From sequence record PP695294.1: a stretch of DNA of 64,000 nt; one strand, written 5' to 3'. Each line of letters opens with the position of its first letter. Position 1 is the stretch's first letter. A program made the translations under genes and the position numbers. The notes beneath the pieces were generated by a model, which saw nothing but the letters and a program-made list of their open reading frames with translations, was not told the DNA's origin and did not search any database. Positions 10,044 through 20,053 of the stretch are shown piece after piece.

Positions 10044-10053
10044 GAATTAGCGA

Positions 10054-10941
10054 ATGGCTATTTATCAACCTTCTAAAGACGTCCTGTTGGCAGCAGTGAA
10101 CGCACAGAACTCGCTTGCTGTTAAGATGACTGACATCATCTGGTCCTCGCCAAAGGACATCCGTGGTACGGAGAAGGAAACGCTGACTAACCGTAACACG
10201 CAAATTAAAATTACGGCAGATGGGGTAACGGGCTCTACCTGGTCGGGTAAGAAAAATGTCTTCTACAACCGCATGAAAGTCGAAGACTTGTTAGTGTTGA
10301 TTGGTGACACGTTGGCGATCGGCCCATCCAACGAAACCTTGTATGCGGCCATTCCTGGGCTGAACCAACGCTACGGTTTTGTTCTGGAAGAAGCTGACCT
10401 GCAGGACGCAGATATCGAGTGGAACGGTGATAAGACCGAAGGAACTGTGCGTGTTGTTGCACATCCTGAGTCTATCGGTTGGGTTGGACAGGCGACATTT
10501 AAAGTCGTGAAAGGCGATGAGTCGTTAGTCTCTGCAGTCACCACTAACGTCCTGACCGGTCTGAAATACCCGAACGGTCAGATGGGTTCCGAAACCGTTA
10601 CTGCGGTCATTGCAGAGGTTTATTCCTACCCGTACAACTTCACCAAATACCGTGATGAGTTGCTGGCATACACGCCAGGTATTCTGTCCGGACAGCCGTT
10701 GACGGATATGGTTAACCTGCTGAAAGATATCACGGGTACTGCATGGGTAGCGACCACCTCCGCTTCCTACGGTTTGGCGGGCGCGGAGGTTATCAGCGTT
10801 GGTCTGAATGACCCTGTTGCAATGCCGACAAACGCGAAGTACAAGTATGCGCTGGTGTTGAAACTGCCTGTTACCTGTACCACCATCGTCGGAACGTTGT
10901 ATCTCCAGTTCAACGATCTGGACGATCCAAGCGAGGTATAA
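10054..10941 (+). CDS. Virion structural protein, paralogue member 6
   Basis: LLAAVNAQN, RNT, YNRM, LNQRYGFVL, GTLYLQFN. Confidence 0.8.
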   Translation: MAIYQPSKDVLLAAVNAQNSLAVKMTDIIWSSPKDIRGTEKETLTNRNTQIKITADGVTGSTWSGKKNVFYNRMKVEDLLVLIGDTLAIGPSNETLYAAIPGLNQRYGFVLEEADLQDADIEWNGDKTEGTVRVVAHPESIGWVGQATFKVVKGDESLVSAVTTNVLTGLKYPNGQMGSETVTAVIAEVYSYPYNFTKYRDELLAYTPGILSGQPLTDMVNLLKDITGTAWVATTSASYGLAGAEVISVGLNDPVAMPTNAKYKYALVLKLPVTCTTIVGTLYLQFNDLDDPSEV

Positions 10942-10944
10942 TTG

Positions 10945-11772
10945 ATGATCAACTATGCTAAGCCGTCAAACGAGTTGGTCTTTGACCTCATTAACCGGGA
11001 TAACCCAAACCTACCTATTAAAGCGTCGCCGGCAAACTGCTACGTGGAGAAAGTGACACAGGTTCCCGTTAATGCAGCTTCCAACAACCGCAATACGTCG
11101 GCACGCTTGCGCGGTATTCAGGGTTCCGGATTTCGAGACGCAATCACCGTTTACTACGACCGTGTGAACTTAGCGCGGTTATTGCCGTGGGGTCCTTCTG
11201 TCCAGGCGCAGTTCGTCACGTTTGACGCGCCCAACCTCCACTCAGCCTTTTCGGTGCTCTTGGATACTTACGGAGTAAACTTCTCCGCAATCGATATCCA
11301 AAACTACTCACTGTTTGGTGCCAATACCCCAAATTACACCAATACACAGACCATTGCAGCGCTATCGACATCTCCGGCTTATATCGGTTCTGCGACGTTG
11401 CGTTATAACCGTGGTTTACCGGTACTAGACACTTCGGTGAAATCGGATGTCTTGAATGCGATTCAAGAGCCTATCTCGCCGTCTCTCGGTAAGAAGTGTA
11501 TTGATTTGTTGACGTACGGTATTGACTTTACCGCGTATAAAAACCTACTGACAGTAGATGCTTCTGGCCTACCGCAGTGGGCTGGATTGCGTAAGGTGTT
11601 GGATGACCTGGGCATCCCGAACTACGCGGGGCCACTGAACAGCAACACCGTTCAGGATGTGCCGACTTCCACCGCTCAGTTCGCTAACAAATCGTACGAC
11701 CGCGTGGTTATCCAAACGGGCATCGATGAGGAAGGCGTGAAAGGCGTGGCGTACTACCACTATAACAGCTAA
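10945..11772 (+). CDS. Virion structural protein, paralogue member 7
   Basis: LVFDLINRDNP, RNT, YYDRVNL, AYYHYN. Confidence 0.8.
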   Translation: MINYAKPSNELVFDLINRDNPNLPIKASPANCYVEKVTQVPVNAASNNRNTSARLRGIQGSGFRDAITVYYDRVNLARLLPWGPSVQAQFVTFDAPNLHSAFSVLLDTYGVNFSAIDIQNYSLFGANTPNYTNTQTIAALSTSPAYIGSATLRYNRGLPVLDTSVKSDVLNAIQEPISPSLGKKCIDLLTYGIDFTAYKNLLTVDASGLPQWAGLRKVLDDLGIPNYAGPLNSNTVQDVPTSTAQFANKSYDRVVIQTGIDEEGVKGVAYYHYNS

Positions 11773-11777
11773 GTGTA

Positions 11778-11802
11778 GGGGCTCTTCGGAGCCCCATCTT
11801 TT
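11778..11802 (+). terminator. Intrinsic terminator
   Basis: GGGGCTC-TTCG-GAGCCCC-ATCTTTT. Confidence 0.8.
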
Positions 11803-11819
11803 GGCGATGCGGAGTCCCT

Positions 11820-13232
11820 ATGCTATTTTACTCGAAGGAGTCGGCACTGCTTGTATACGACCAAGTCAATCGGGATAACCCTGATTTAGTTGTTAAGCTG
11901 ACGCCGGCTATCGCTGCTTTAACCAGTGGCCCAACCTCAGTTACGTTAAACCAACGTAACACCAAAGCTGTTTTCACCGGGTATCCAGGGACAGGTGTAC
12001 AAGGTAATGTTACCGTGTACTACGACCGGATTAACCTGGCCACTTTATTTAATTTTGTGCCGACTGTGGCTATCAAAGACACAGTCTTAACGGTACGCGA
12101 CGCGCTACCTGCAATAAACAACGCATTGGGGCTTACATTGGTTGCGTCAGACCTGCAGTCGCCTGATGCAAGTCTACCTAAACCGAGCGCTTCGCCGCAG
12201 ACGTTGAAATTAAATATCTCAGGTAATTGCCCTGCGTTTACAGGCAGCTTAACGATACGTTATACCGTCCCGAGCGGTGCAATTTACCCCGATTCTGGAC
12301 CTGGCCCTAAAACGTTGCTGCAAGGTAACACTATTGCGGGTTATTTCGGAACAACCACAACTGCAGAGTTGTTTACACACTCTCAACTTCTTAATGCCAC
12401 TATATCGGCCGGTGCGTTACCACCGGTACATTCTGGTGCCGAAGGTTGGTACAAGTTCTTTTACCAGGGTAGGGTTATTTACTTCCCGATTAGTCCTGTC
12501 GCTAGCTCCATCTCCTGGAATACGTTATATACAAACGGACTCGTTTACGGAACAGACGATAATGGTAAATACCCTGCGGCGACGCCCGTTAACCAGGGAC
12601 GCATCATTAGCTTTACAGGCGCAGACAACAAAAGGTTTTACTTCCGTGTTCGTCTACCTAGTGCCGGGAAAGACCCATACGTCAGCGGCACCCCAACTGC
12701 CGCTGAGTTAGCAGGTAGTGAGTTTGAGATGTTCAACTTTCTGTATAATGGAACGTGGGACAAACCGATTAACAGTTACTGGTCGCTGTTCTGTTTATTG
12801 AAAGATACACTGAACACCAACGTCGCCAATCATCGCATGGCGACGTTGTCTGGAGCAAGTTGGACAAACTTAGAAAAATCATCGAGTGCGGGCAACTACT
12901 ACTGGTTCCCGGTGCTGGAGTTGGTGGATAAGTCCACAGTTACCTTGGGTTTAGAAGATATCCATGGTGCGGTAGATTACAGTCTCCAACCGTGCAGTGT
13001 GTCCGCAGAAAACACATTTAGCCTCAAGCCGTTAGTGCTCGGTAATCCGGATACTACCGATTTCGAACCGGTAGTTGTTACTTCAGAAAACAGTTTCGCA
13101 CTGCATCCGCCTGCTTTAATGCTGCCGAAGACAGTCGACTTCCAACCTATTGCGGCCACCGCTGAAATGTATACGCCGCCCGACAAGACATCGTTAACGT
13201 CTCTTAACGGTGAACTGGACGGCTTTAAGTAG
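11820..13232 (+). CDS. Virion/fibre protein, cassette 1 gene A
   Basis: Family N-domain, YPDSGPGPKxLxxG..GYFG domain, Pro-spaced repeats, C-terminal NGELDGFK. Confidence 0.8.
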   Translation: MLFYSKESALLVYDQVNRDNPDLVVKLTPAIAALTSGPTSVTLNQRNTKAVFTGYPGTGVQGNVTVYYDRINLATLFNFVPTVAIKDTVLTVRDALPAINNALGLTLVASDLQSPDASLPKPSASPQTLKLNISGNCPAFTGSLTIRYTVPSGAIYPDSGPGPKTLLQGNTIAGYFGTTTTAELFTHSQLLNATISAGALPPVHSGAEGWYKFFYQGRVIYFPISPVASSISWNTLYTNGLVYGTDDNGKYPAATPVNQGRIISFTGADNKRFYFRVRLPSAGKDPYVSGTPTAAELAGSEFEMFNFLYNGTWDKPINSYWSLFCLLKDTLNTNVANHRMATLSGASWTNLEKSSSAGNYYWFPVLELVDKSTVTLGLEDIHGAVDYSLQPCSVSAENTFSLKPLVLGNPDTTDFEPVVVTSENSFALHPPALMLPKTVDFQPIAATAEMYTPPDKTSLTSLNGELDGFK

Positions 13233-13243
13233 AGGTATCTTCC

Positions 13244-14242
13244 ATGTCTTTTACTTTGCGTTGGAAAAATCCAAACGTAATCTCTACGGTAGTAAAAATC
13301 TACCGTGATGTTAAAGATATCACACCAAGCGCTTTGCCTGAACCGATTGCAACGCTCTCAAATGGCGAGACAGAATGGCGTGATGCCACCGCCAAACCAG
13401 GCGCAATCTATTATTACCTTCTAACGGTAACCGCCAACGGTAAAACAGTAGCGTCGTCTAGCCAGAAATATACCATTGAAATGAAGCGGGGAATCGGTCC
13501 AATGACTATTCTAAACGGTGACGACCGTTTAGGGTTTATGGGTGCGGTTCCTTACGACGAACAATGGCTTCCGTCGCAAATGCCACCTGCATTTTTGGCG
13601 ATGTTCCCTAACCTACTAACCGATCGTGTGGCGTTGTATAAATTTACCCGAAACGGGAAGATCTATTACATGCTATCTAATACGTCGCAGTTCCCGAATA
13701 CGCCTGTGGACTGGGCTTCCCTCTATCAAGCCGGTTTAGTCTATGGTACAGGCGATGCTGGCCCAGAGAACGGCCATGGAACGCTACCGGCCACTCCACA
13801 AGACGCTAAGATAGTCCACAAAGGGGATACGTACATTATGCGTCTTCCTCGCGGCCTGACGACGTCTAGCGAGCCTCCTGCGTATCCTTTCGTAGCTGAC
13901 TATAATGGGAAAACCCATGATGAAATCGCTTCTCTAACCAACCCGTGTGAGTATAACGATTTACTTTACACGATGGTTAACGAGGTGCCGAAGAAACAGC
14001 GTTGGGCTAACTGGGCAACAATCGGTTATACTTATCTGGGGCAAGGTACTTTGGGAACCTTGGCACAGTATTTCGGCGGTGGTGTTCTCTGTATGGAACA
14101 CGATACCGCGGAAGACCGTGTGCTCCATCGTGGTATTTTTAACAATGCCGGTGGAACACCCGTATCCACGATTCAGCGTATAAACTATTTATCACCCACC
14201 ACGAAAGGGCGCTACTACCCTATCTTTGAACTGGTCGAGTAA
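13244..14242 (+). CDS. Virion protein with Fn3/Ig-like N-domain, cassette 1 gene B
   Basis: MSFTLRWKN..VKIYR..ALPEPIATLSNGETEW..YYYLLTVT, shared with 16698 and 20054. Confidence 0.8.
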   Translation: MSFTLRWKNPNVISTVVKIYRDVKDITPSALPEPIATLSNGETEWRDATAKPGAIYYYLLTVTANGKTVASSSQKYTIEMKRGIGPMTILNGDDRLGFMGAVPYDEQWLPSQMPPAFLAMFPNLLTDRVALYKFTRNGKIYYMLSNTSQFPNTPVDWASLYQAGLVYGTGDAGPENGHGTLPATPQDAKIVHKGDTYIMRLPRGLTTSSEPPAYPFVADYNGKTHDEIASLTNPCEYNDLLYTMVNEVPKKQRWANWATIGYTYLGQGTLGTLAQYFGGGVLCMEHDTAEDRVLHRGIFNNAGGTPVSTIQRINYLSPTTKGRYYPIFELVE

Positions 14243-14251
14243 GGGGCAGTC

Positions 14252-15175
14252 ATGACTATACGGTTAAGCTGGCCGTCCCAAGCCAGCAAAGGTCTTACCG
14301 CGATTGAAATCTACCGCAAGGAAGGATGGAACGCAACAATCGACGTTTACAACCCAGGTACACCTCACGCCACCTTATCCGGTAGCGCGGTAGAGTTCGT
14401 AGATAATATCGATACCCTGACGAAGAATACAACTTATCGTTACTGGGTAGCTGCTGTGAAAGATAGTGAACGACTTATCGGCAATCCGATTACGCAAGGG
14501 TTCTATCCGGACACTGGACCGGGGCCACAAACTATTTTGCGTGGCGATTGGGCGTCAGGCTATTTCGGTACGGTATCTAATACCGAGTTCTTTAATACTG
14601 CCGAGTTAAAACTCATGTTAACCGCGCAGCAGGGAAACATGTTTACTTACGACCCTCAGGAATGGCACAAGTTTATTTTCCGTGGGCGAATTGTCTTCTT
14701 CCCAGCGACGATGCATTCGAAAAGCAACTCGGTACAAATGGCGTATCAGTACGGCATGATGTACGGGACCGATGATGTCGGAAGTATTGTTCCGCAGGGA
14801 GCCACGGCGACTAAACAAGATTGTAAGGTCACGAAGGATGGTCGTACGTACCGTATCCGATTACCTTACGCAGTCCCGTACGACGCGGCACTCTCAGGAC
14901 AGGATTACAACAACGGTGAATGGCGAAACACAATGGGCCGTTTGTATCCTGTCGGTGCACAGTACGCAGCCCTCGGTCTTGGTGCGATTGACTCACTTGA
15001 AAGACAAGGCGCGACTGCGCAGCCGAATGAGTCAGGTGCCGCTGTATTAGCTCCTTTGTGGAGCAACAACATATTCGCTTATGCGTATGGCACCGTGCCT
15101 ATGGGGATTAGTAACACCGCAGGTGTCGGGAACTCGGCCACGATATTCTTTGCTTTTGAATTAGTCTTACCGTAA
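14252..15175 (+). CDS. Virion protein with Fn3/Ig-like N-domain, cassette 1 gene C
   Basis: IEIYR..PGTP.ATL.G..YRYWVAAVK..GPGPQ..GDW..GYFG..ELVLP, shared with 17690 and 21056. Confidence 0.8.
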   Translation: MTIRLSWPSQASKGLTAIEIYRKEGWNATIDVYNPGTPHATLSGSAVEFVDNIDTLTKNTTYRYWVAAVKDSERLIGNPITQGFYPDTGPGPQTILRGDWASGYFGTVSNTEFFNTAELKLMLTAQQGNMFTYDPQEWHKFIFRGRIVFFPATMHSKSNSVQMAYQYGMMYGTDDVGSIVPQGATATKQDCKVTKDGRTYRIRLPYAVPYDAALSGQDYNNGEWRNTMGRLYPVGAQYAALGLGAIDSLERQGATAQPNESGAAVLAPLWSNNIFAYAYGTVPMGISNTAGVGNSATIFFAFELVLP

Positions 15176-15188
15176 TGGAGTAAATACC

Positions 15189-16685
15189 ATGGGGTTGTAT
15201 ACAGAACCTTCAATGGAACTGCTCTGCCAACAAATTGTGCGTGACAATCCCGGTTTAGCAGGAAAAATCACCCCTGACTCCATTGGGGTCAGGGGTGTTC
15301 CTGTTGTGAAAAACGTTAACGGACGAAACACTCAGATTACGTTGGTAGGAAAACCCGGTAAAGGATTTGCTGGGGAAATAACGGTATATTACGACCGGTT
15401 GAATCTGGCCAGTCTATTTAAGTCTGGCCCGAATATGGTGAGTATTCCACGTAGCGCACAAACCCATGCGGAAGCGTTACCGGCGTTCAATGAATTGAAC
15501 GGGTTGAACTTAACCGCGAGTGACATCACCAGTCCAAACGTTGCATTAATGAAATACGCTACGCCGGAAACTGTAACTCTGACGGCGCACGCTAACTCCT
15601 TGTGTTATACCGGGTCATGCAAGATGACCTATGTTTACGAACCGATTGCGATGTATCCGAAGTCGGGTCCTGGGCCAAAAGGATTAATGGCCGGTAATGA
15701 GTTATACGGATTCTTTGGGCTGGTAAGCGCGGAAGAGTTATTCACATCTGATGAAATGGTGTATGCCCTCTATAACGGCACCACCTGGCCTAACCGCTAC
15801 GCTATCAAGTGGCTCAAATTCTTTCTGAATGGGGCGGTAGTGTTTGTTCCGACCCGTGCGATTTGCAACGTTACCTGGGCAGACCTGTACAACAAGGGTG
15901 CAATATTTGATTCCGGAGACGCAGGACCTCGCCCGAAGTCGACTTACACACCTGTCGATGTTGAACAGTTGAAATACATGGTAAAACGGGATGATGAAGG
16001 AACGCATTATTTCAGAATGTCTATCCCGTATTACACCGAGAACGCCGCCGCGCCTGATTGGAGTAAACCGCCGTCAATCACCTCTATCCTGTCACTGACC
16101 AGCAAATTGGGGTCGGTGAACGTATATGGGGAATGGGGAACTCTTAGCACGACTGATGCTAACTTCCTGGATTACGTGTGGTTACGACACCAGTTCGGTG
16201 CCGACCAAGCGTATTACCAGTCTATCAGTGGGAGCTATCGTTCAAACACCTACATCTACACCTCTTCTGGCTTTTGGCCAATCCTGGAGATGTTTGATGT
16301 TGCCAATGAACCTGTGCCGTTGATTGACGAAGGTGCAGAGCTAACATGGGCACCGTCCGTGGTTACTCTGACGGACATCGACCAAAATGAATCGCTTCGT
16401 GTGGTGCCTATTACGGAAACCTCCGCTGCAGCGAATCCACGTCCGTTAGTTTTCAACACCGACAACACCGAAACTGCCACCCCTGCCTGGGTGCGGGAAG
16501 CGTCATCAGACTCACCACGTCCTCTGCTTGCCACGACGGACAATGATGAACGTGCATATTCCGTCGCGGTAACAGGCATGGCTAGCGTTAAGATTAGACC
16601 GATTATTCTCACGACTGACCAAATCGCCCAACCTTCAAAAATTACTCTGGGCGATACTAACGGTGAGTTGGATGGATTCCAATAA
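15189..16685 (+). CDS. Virion/fibre protein, cassette 2 gene A
   Basis: MGLY..ELLCQQIVRDNP, YPKSGPGPK, PRPL repeats, C-terminal NGELDGFQ. Confidence 0.8.
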   Translation: MGLYTEPSMELLCQQIVRDNPGLAGKITPDSIGVRGVPVVKNVNGRNTQITLVGKPGKGFAGEITVYYDRLNLASLFKSGPNMVSIPRSAQTHAEALPAFNELNGLNLTASDITSPNVALMKYATPETVTLTAHANSLCYTGSCKMTYVYEPIAMYPKSGPGPKGLMAGNELYGFFGLVSAEELFTSDEMVYALYNGTTWPNRYAIKWLKFFLNGAVVFVPTRAICNVTWADLYNKGAIFDSGDAGPRPKSTYTPVDVEQLKYMVKRDDEGTHYFRMSIPYYTENAAAPDWSKPPSITSILSLTSKLGSVNVYGEWGTLSTTDANFLDYVWLRHQFGADQAYYQSISGSYRSNTYIYTSSGFWPILEMFDVANEPVPLIDEGAELTWAPSVVTLTDIDQNESLRVVPITETSAAANPRPLVFNTDNTETATPAWVREASSDSPRPLLATTDNDERAYSVAVTGMASVKIRPIILTTDQIAQPSKITLGDTNGELDGFQ

Positions 16686-16697
16686 GAGGTAACGACA

Positions 16698-17687
16698 ATG
16701 GCTTTTACAATTCGTTGGACGAACAATAACCCTGGGGCTTCGACCGTGAAGCTGTACCGCGACACCAAACCTCTGGTGCGTACGGCATTACCTGAACCCC
16801 TGGCAACGTTCACTAACGGGGAAACTGAGTATACTGACCGAACAGCGATACTGGGGACAACGTATTACTACATGACCACTGTGACAGTGGGAAGCCGAAC
16901 ACTGTTCAGTCCGCAGAAATCAATTCTGATTCAGAACCGTCGCGGTATCGGCATCGTGACTCCACAGTACGGTGATGACCGCTTTGCGTATTACGGGTAT
17001 GTGGCGTACGGTGAATTGCCTAGCGCGGCTGATTATCCGCCAGGGTTTGTGGCCATTTCTGGATATGACCCAACTGTTAAGCCGGGCTTGATTAAGTTCC
17101 AGCTAGACGGTAAAATTCTGTATCTGTTTAGTGGTCTTCGTGTGAACGGCAACACGCTGTATAGCCGTGATGCGATTTATAACGCGGGTTTGCTGTACGG
17201 TGTGGCGGGACCTGGTCCGGAAGGCGGTCATGGCGATTTACCTGACGTTGACCAGGCTGGGGAGTTTACGTGGTTGGGTGACCGCTATCGGATGCGCCTG
17301 CTGCGCGGTTTAACACTCGACAGTGAAAGCCCGGTCATGACACTCGATGCACAGTGGGACGGTAAACTCCATGACGCGTCACCGTATACTGCCGATAGCG
17401 AATACAACCGACTCATCTATGGGATAAGTAGCTGGTTCCCAGAAAAGAAAAAAGTGATGTCCCTGATAAAGTGGTCGAACTCCAGCATATTCGGAAATGG
17501 ATCGCTGGTGGCAGGCCGTGGGGCGCATTGTCAGGAGTTTGACCCAGAACGTAAGTTGGGGCTGACGCGCGGATTGGCGGCGGCGGATTCCACTGATACC
17601 GTGGATAACCTCCAGCGTATACAACATGTCCCTGGTGCGACCGTGGGCGGTATTTGGATTCCAGTAATCGAGCTTATCGAGGATTAA
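16698..17687 (+). CDS. Cassette 2 gene B (Fn3/Ig-like N-domain)
   Basis: MAFTIRW..ALPEPLATFTNGETEY..NRRGIG..GDRYRMRLLRGLT. Confidence 0.8.
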   Translation: MAFTIRWTNNNPGASTVKLYRDTKPLVRTALPEPLATFTNGETEYTDRTAILGTTYYYMTTVTVGSRTLFSPQKSILIQNRRGIGIVTPQYGDDRFAYYGYVAYGELPSAADYPPGFVAISGYDPTVKPGLIKFQLDGKILYLFSGLRVNGNTLYSRDAIYNAGLLYGVAGPGPEGGHGDLPDVDQAGEFTWLGDRYRMRLLRGLTLDSESPVMTLDAQWDGKLHDASPYTADSEYNRLIYGISSWFPEKKKVMSLIKWSNSSIFGNGSLVAGRGAHCQEFDPERKLGLTRGLAAADSTDTVDNLQRIQHVPGATVGGIWIPVIELIED

Positions 17688-17689
17688 TC

Positions 17690-18589
17690 ATGCCTATTAC
17701 ATTACACTTTGCACAACGGAAGCCACAGGCGCTCGATAACATCGAAATCTATCGCAAGACGCCGGGCAACGCCACAATTGATGTTAATGCACCGGGAACG
17801 CCTCTGGCAACCCTTCCGGGTGACGCTACATCGTACGAAGACAACGCTGTGGAAAACAACACCACTTACCGTTATTGGATAGCTGCGGTTAAAGACGGTG
17901 AGCGTGTCTTCAACACCCCTACCGCCCAAGGGTTCTTTTTAGACACCGGGCCTGGCCCCCAGAAACTGTTATACGGCGACTGGCACGCTGGATACTTTGG
18001 AACAGTAACGCCAGCAGAGTTATTCACTAACACGGAACTGAACGGCCTCGTGGTGAATATGTTCAGTTCCGCCGTTGGTGCCTGGCATAAATTCATTTAC
18101 AAAAACCGTATTCTGTTTATGTCCGATAACTCGATAATAAACGCTAGCCCGCAGTTCATTTATAACCAGGGGATGATGTACGGCCAGGATGGCAATGGAT
18201 ATGTACCGGGCTGGGCTACTGCACGTAACCAACGCCGCACGGTGGCGAAGAACGGTTACGAATACGTGGTGCGCTTGCCGTATTTGTTCGACTACAAATT
18301 CTGGACGTCTTACGTTGGAAGCGGTAACACTGAGTTGTATCTCGACGGTGAGTGGTTTAACACCTTCGCGCGCCTGTACAACTACAGTGGGCAGTTTCCG
18401 CGCTTTGACGACCTTCCAGTCGGTCCAATCGATTCGGTTACTGCCCAACAATCTGCATTCTTTGCGGCTATGAATAACACGTCCAGTCAGTGGTACAACC
18501 GTCCACCTTACCCTGAGTCGCCGGCATGGAGTAACTACGGTACCACTACAATACGCTCCATTGCGGTACTTGAACTCGTTCTGCCTTAA
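17690..18589 (+). CDS. Cassette 2 gene C (Fn3/Ig-like N-domain)
   Basis: GAGG RBS before ATG 17690; GPGPQKLLYGDWHAGYFG; ends ELVLP. Confidence 0.8.
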   Translation: MPITLHFAQRKPQALDNIEIYRKTPGNATIDVNAPGTPLATLPGDATSYEDNAVENNTTYRYWIAAVKDGERVFNTPTAQGFFLDTGPGPQKLLYGDWHAGYFGTVTPAELFTNTELNGLVVNMFSSAVGAWHKFIYKNRILFMSDNSIINASPQFIYNQGMMYGQDGNGYVPGWATARNQRRTVAKNGYEYVVRLPYLFDYKFWTSYVGSGNTELYLDGEWFNTFARLYNYSGQFPRFDDLPVGPIDSVTAQQSAFFAAMNNTSSQWYNRPPYPESPAWSNYGTTTIRSIAVLELVLP

Positions 18590-18600
18590 CAGGAGACTTC

Positions 18601-20043
18601 ATGGGATTGTATAGCGCACCCGAACTGGAATTGCTCTGCCAACAAGTCGTAAGGGATAACCCTGAACTCGCAGGAAGAATCAGCGCTGATTCGATTGGGG
18701 TGAGGGGTATTCCTGCCGAGACCACTAAGAATGGTCGTAACACGGTAATTACGTTGGTAGGTAAACCCGGTAAAGGTTTCTCTGGGGAGTGCACGGTTTA
18801 TTACGACCGTTTAACATTATCAGATCTATTTAAAATAGCTCCGCGCGTCTACGTACCACAAACGGCCAAGACCGTGCGGGATCTTCTCCCAGCTCTACGC
18901 GATTTATACGGTGTTTGGTTATCTGATAGCAGTGTACAGTCGGTAGACGCGCCTATCAAATCGCTGGCAACGCCAACACGTATTAATTTAACCGCGTATA
19001 ATAGCGTATGCTATCGCGGCTATATCCCGGTCGATTATTTGAATGAAGCCGTGGGCTACTATCCAGATTCTGGGCCAGGCAATAAATATTTGTTGGCAGG
19101 GGACAGCACAAACGGATACTTCGGCCACGTTTCTCAGCAAGAGTTATTTACCTTTGCTGAACTAAACAACCTAATTCGTCCTGATGTTGCCCCAACGAAA
19201 ATGACTTTCGAATGGTTGAAATTTTTCAAGGATGGTAAGATTGTTTATCTACCGACTACCGGAACGTTAACAGCAACCTGGACGGCCCTTTATCAAGCGG
19301 GTGCCATTTTCGGTACAGGTGACACTGGTCCGTATCCAGACGGTATCGAACCTGTTGACCAGGCTTTGATTGTCACGAAAACTGAGAATAACAAGACGCA
19401 TTATTACCGCGTCTCCGTTCCGGTTAGCCCTGATTTATCAAAGGCCACACCGTTGTGGCTTATTTCACAACTCGGTGACGGTTCTACGGGCGGCGACTGG
19501 GCAAATGACACCACGTTAACCAGAACCACCGTCTTCTTCACGCAACAACTGTTAACCGGGGGTAACCCTGTTAAAGTACAACGTTGCAATATGCGCGGTG
19601 GCTCAGTTGAATGGGTAACCCTTACAGATACCACTTACTGGTGGCCTGTTTTAGAGGAAATCAATAAGGACGACATCGTCTTACCTTTAGCTGATGTGGA
19701 AGGGGATGTTGTGTGGCGCGTTAGGGTTATTCCTAATGTACCATCACCACAACCTGATAGCATTCGCCCTCTTGCAGTCGAGGTTGCGACAACAGATGCG
19801 CCGAGACCTCTAGCAACAACTGCGGAACAGGTGGAAGAACCTATCAGCCCGATTGTGGTGGGTGAACCAAACGTCGATACTGCGCTGCCGTTATCGACAG
19901 TGTCGAACAGCGTAGGTACAGTTAGGCCGATGGTTGTACTTGAACCACACGTCGACGCACCGCGTCCACTACCGCCTACTCAGGCAGAACCTCCACTTAA
20001 AACAGATTTAGCAACCGCGAACGGTGAGTTGAACGGCTTCTAA
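18601..20043 (+). CDS. Virion/fibre protein, cassette 3 gene A
   Basis: MGLYS..ELLCQQVVRDNP, YPDSGPGNK, PRPL repeats, C-terminal NGELNGF. Confidence 0.8.
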   Translation: MGLYSAPELELLCQQVVRDNPELAGRISADSIGVRGIPAETTKNGRNTVITLVGKPGKGFSGECTVYYDRLTLSDLFKIAPRVYVPQTAKTVRDLLPALRDLYGVWLSDSSVQSVDAPIKSLATPTRINLTAYNSVCYRGYIPVDYLNEAVGYYPDSGPGNKYLLAGDSTNGYFGHVSQQELFTFAELNNLIRPDVAPTKMTFEWLKFFKDGKIVYLPTTGTLTATWTALYQAGAIFGTGDTGPYPDGIEPVDQALIVTKTENNKTHYYRVSVPVSPDLSKATPLWLISQLGDGSTGGDWANDTTLTRTTVFFTQQLLTGGNPVKVQRCNMRGGSVEWVTLTDTTYWWPVLEEINKDDIVLPLADVEGDVVWRVRVIPNVPSPQPDSIRPLAVEVATTDAPRPLATTAEQVEEPISPIVVGEPNVDTALPLSTVSNSVGTVRPMVVLEPHVDAPRPLPPTQAEPPLKTDLATANGELNGF

Positions 20044-20053
20044 GGAGTAACAG

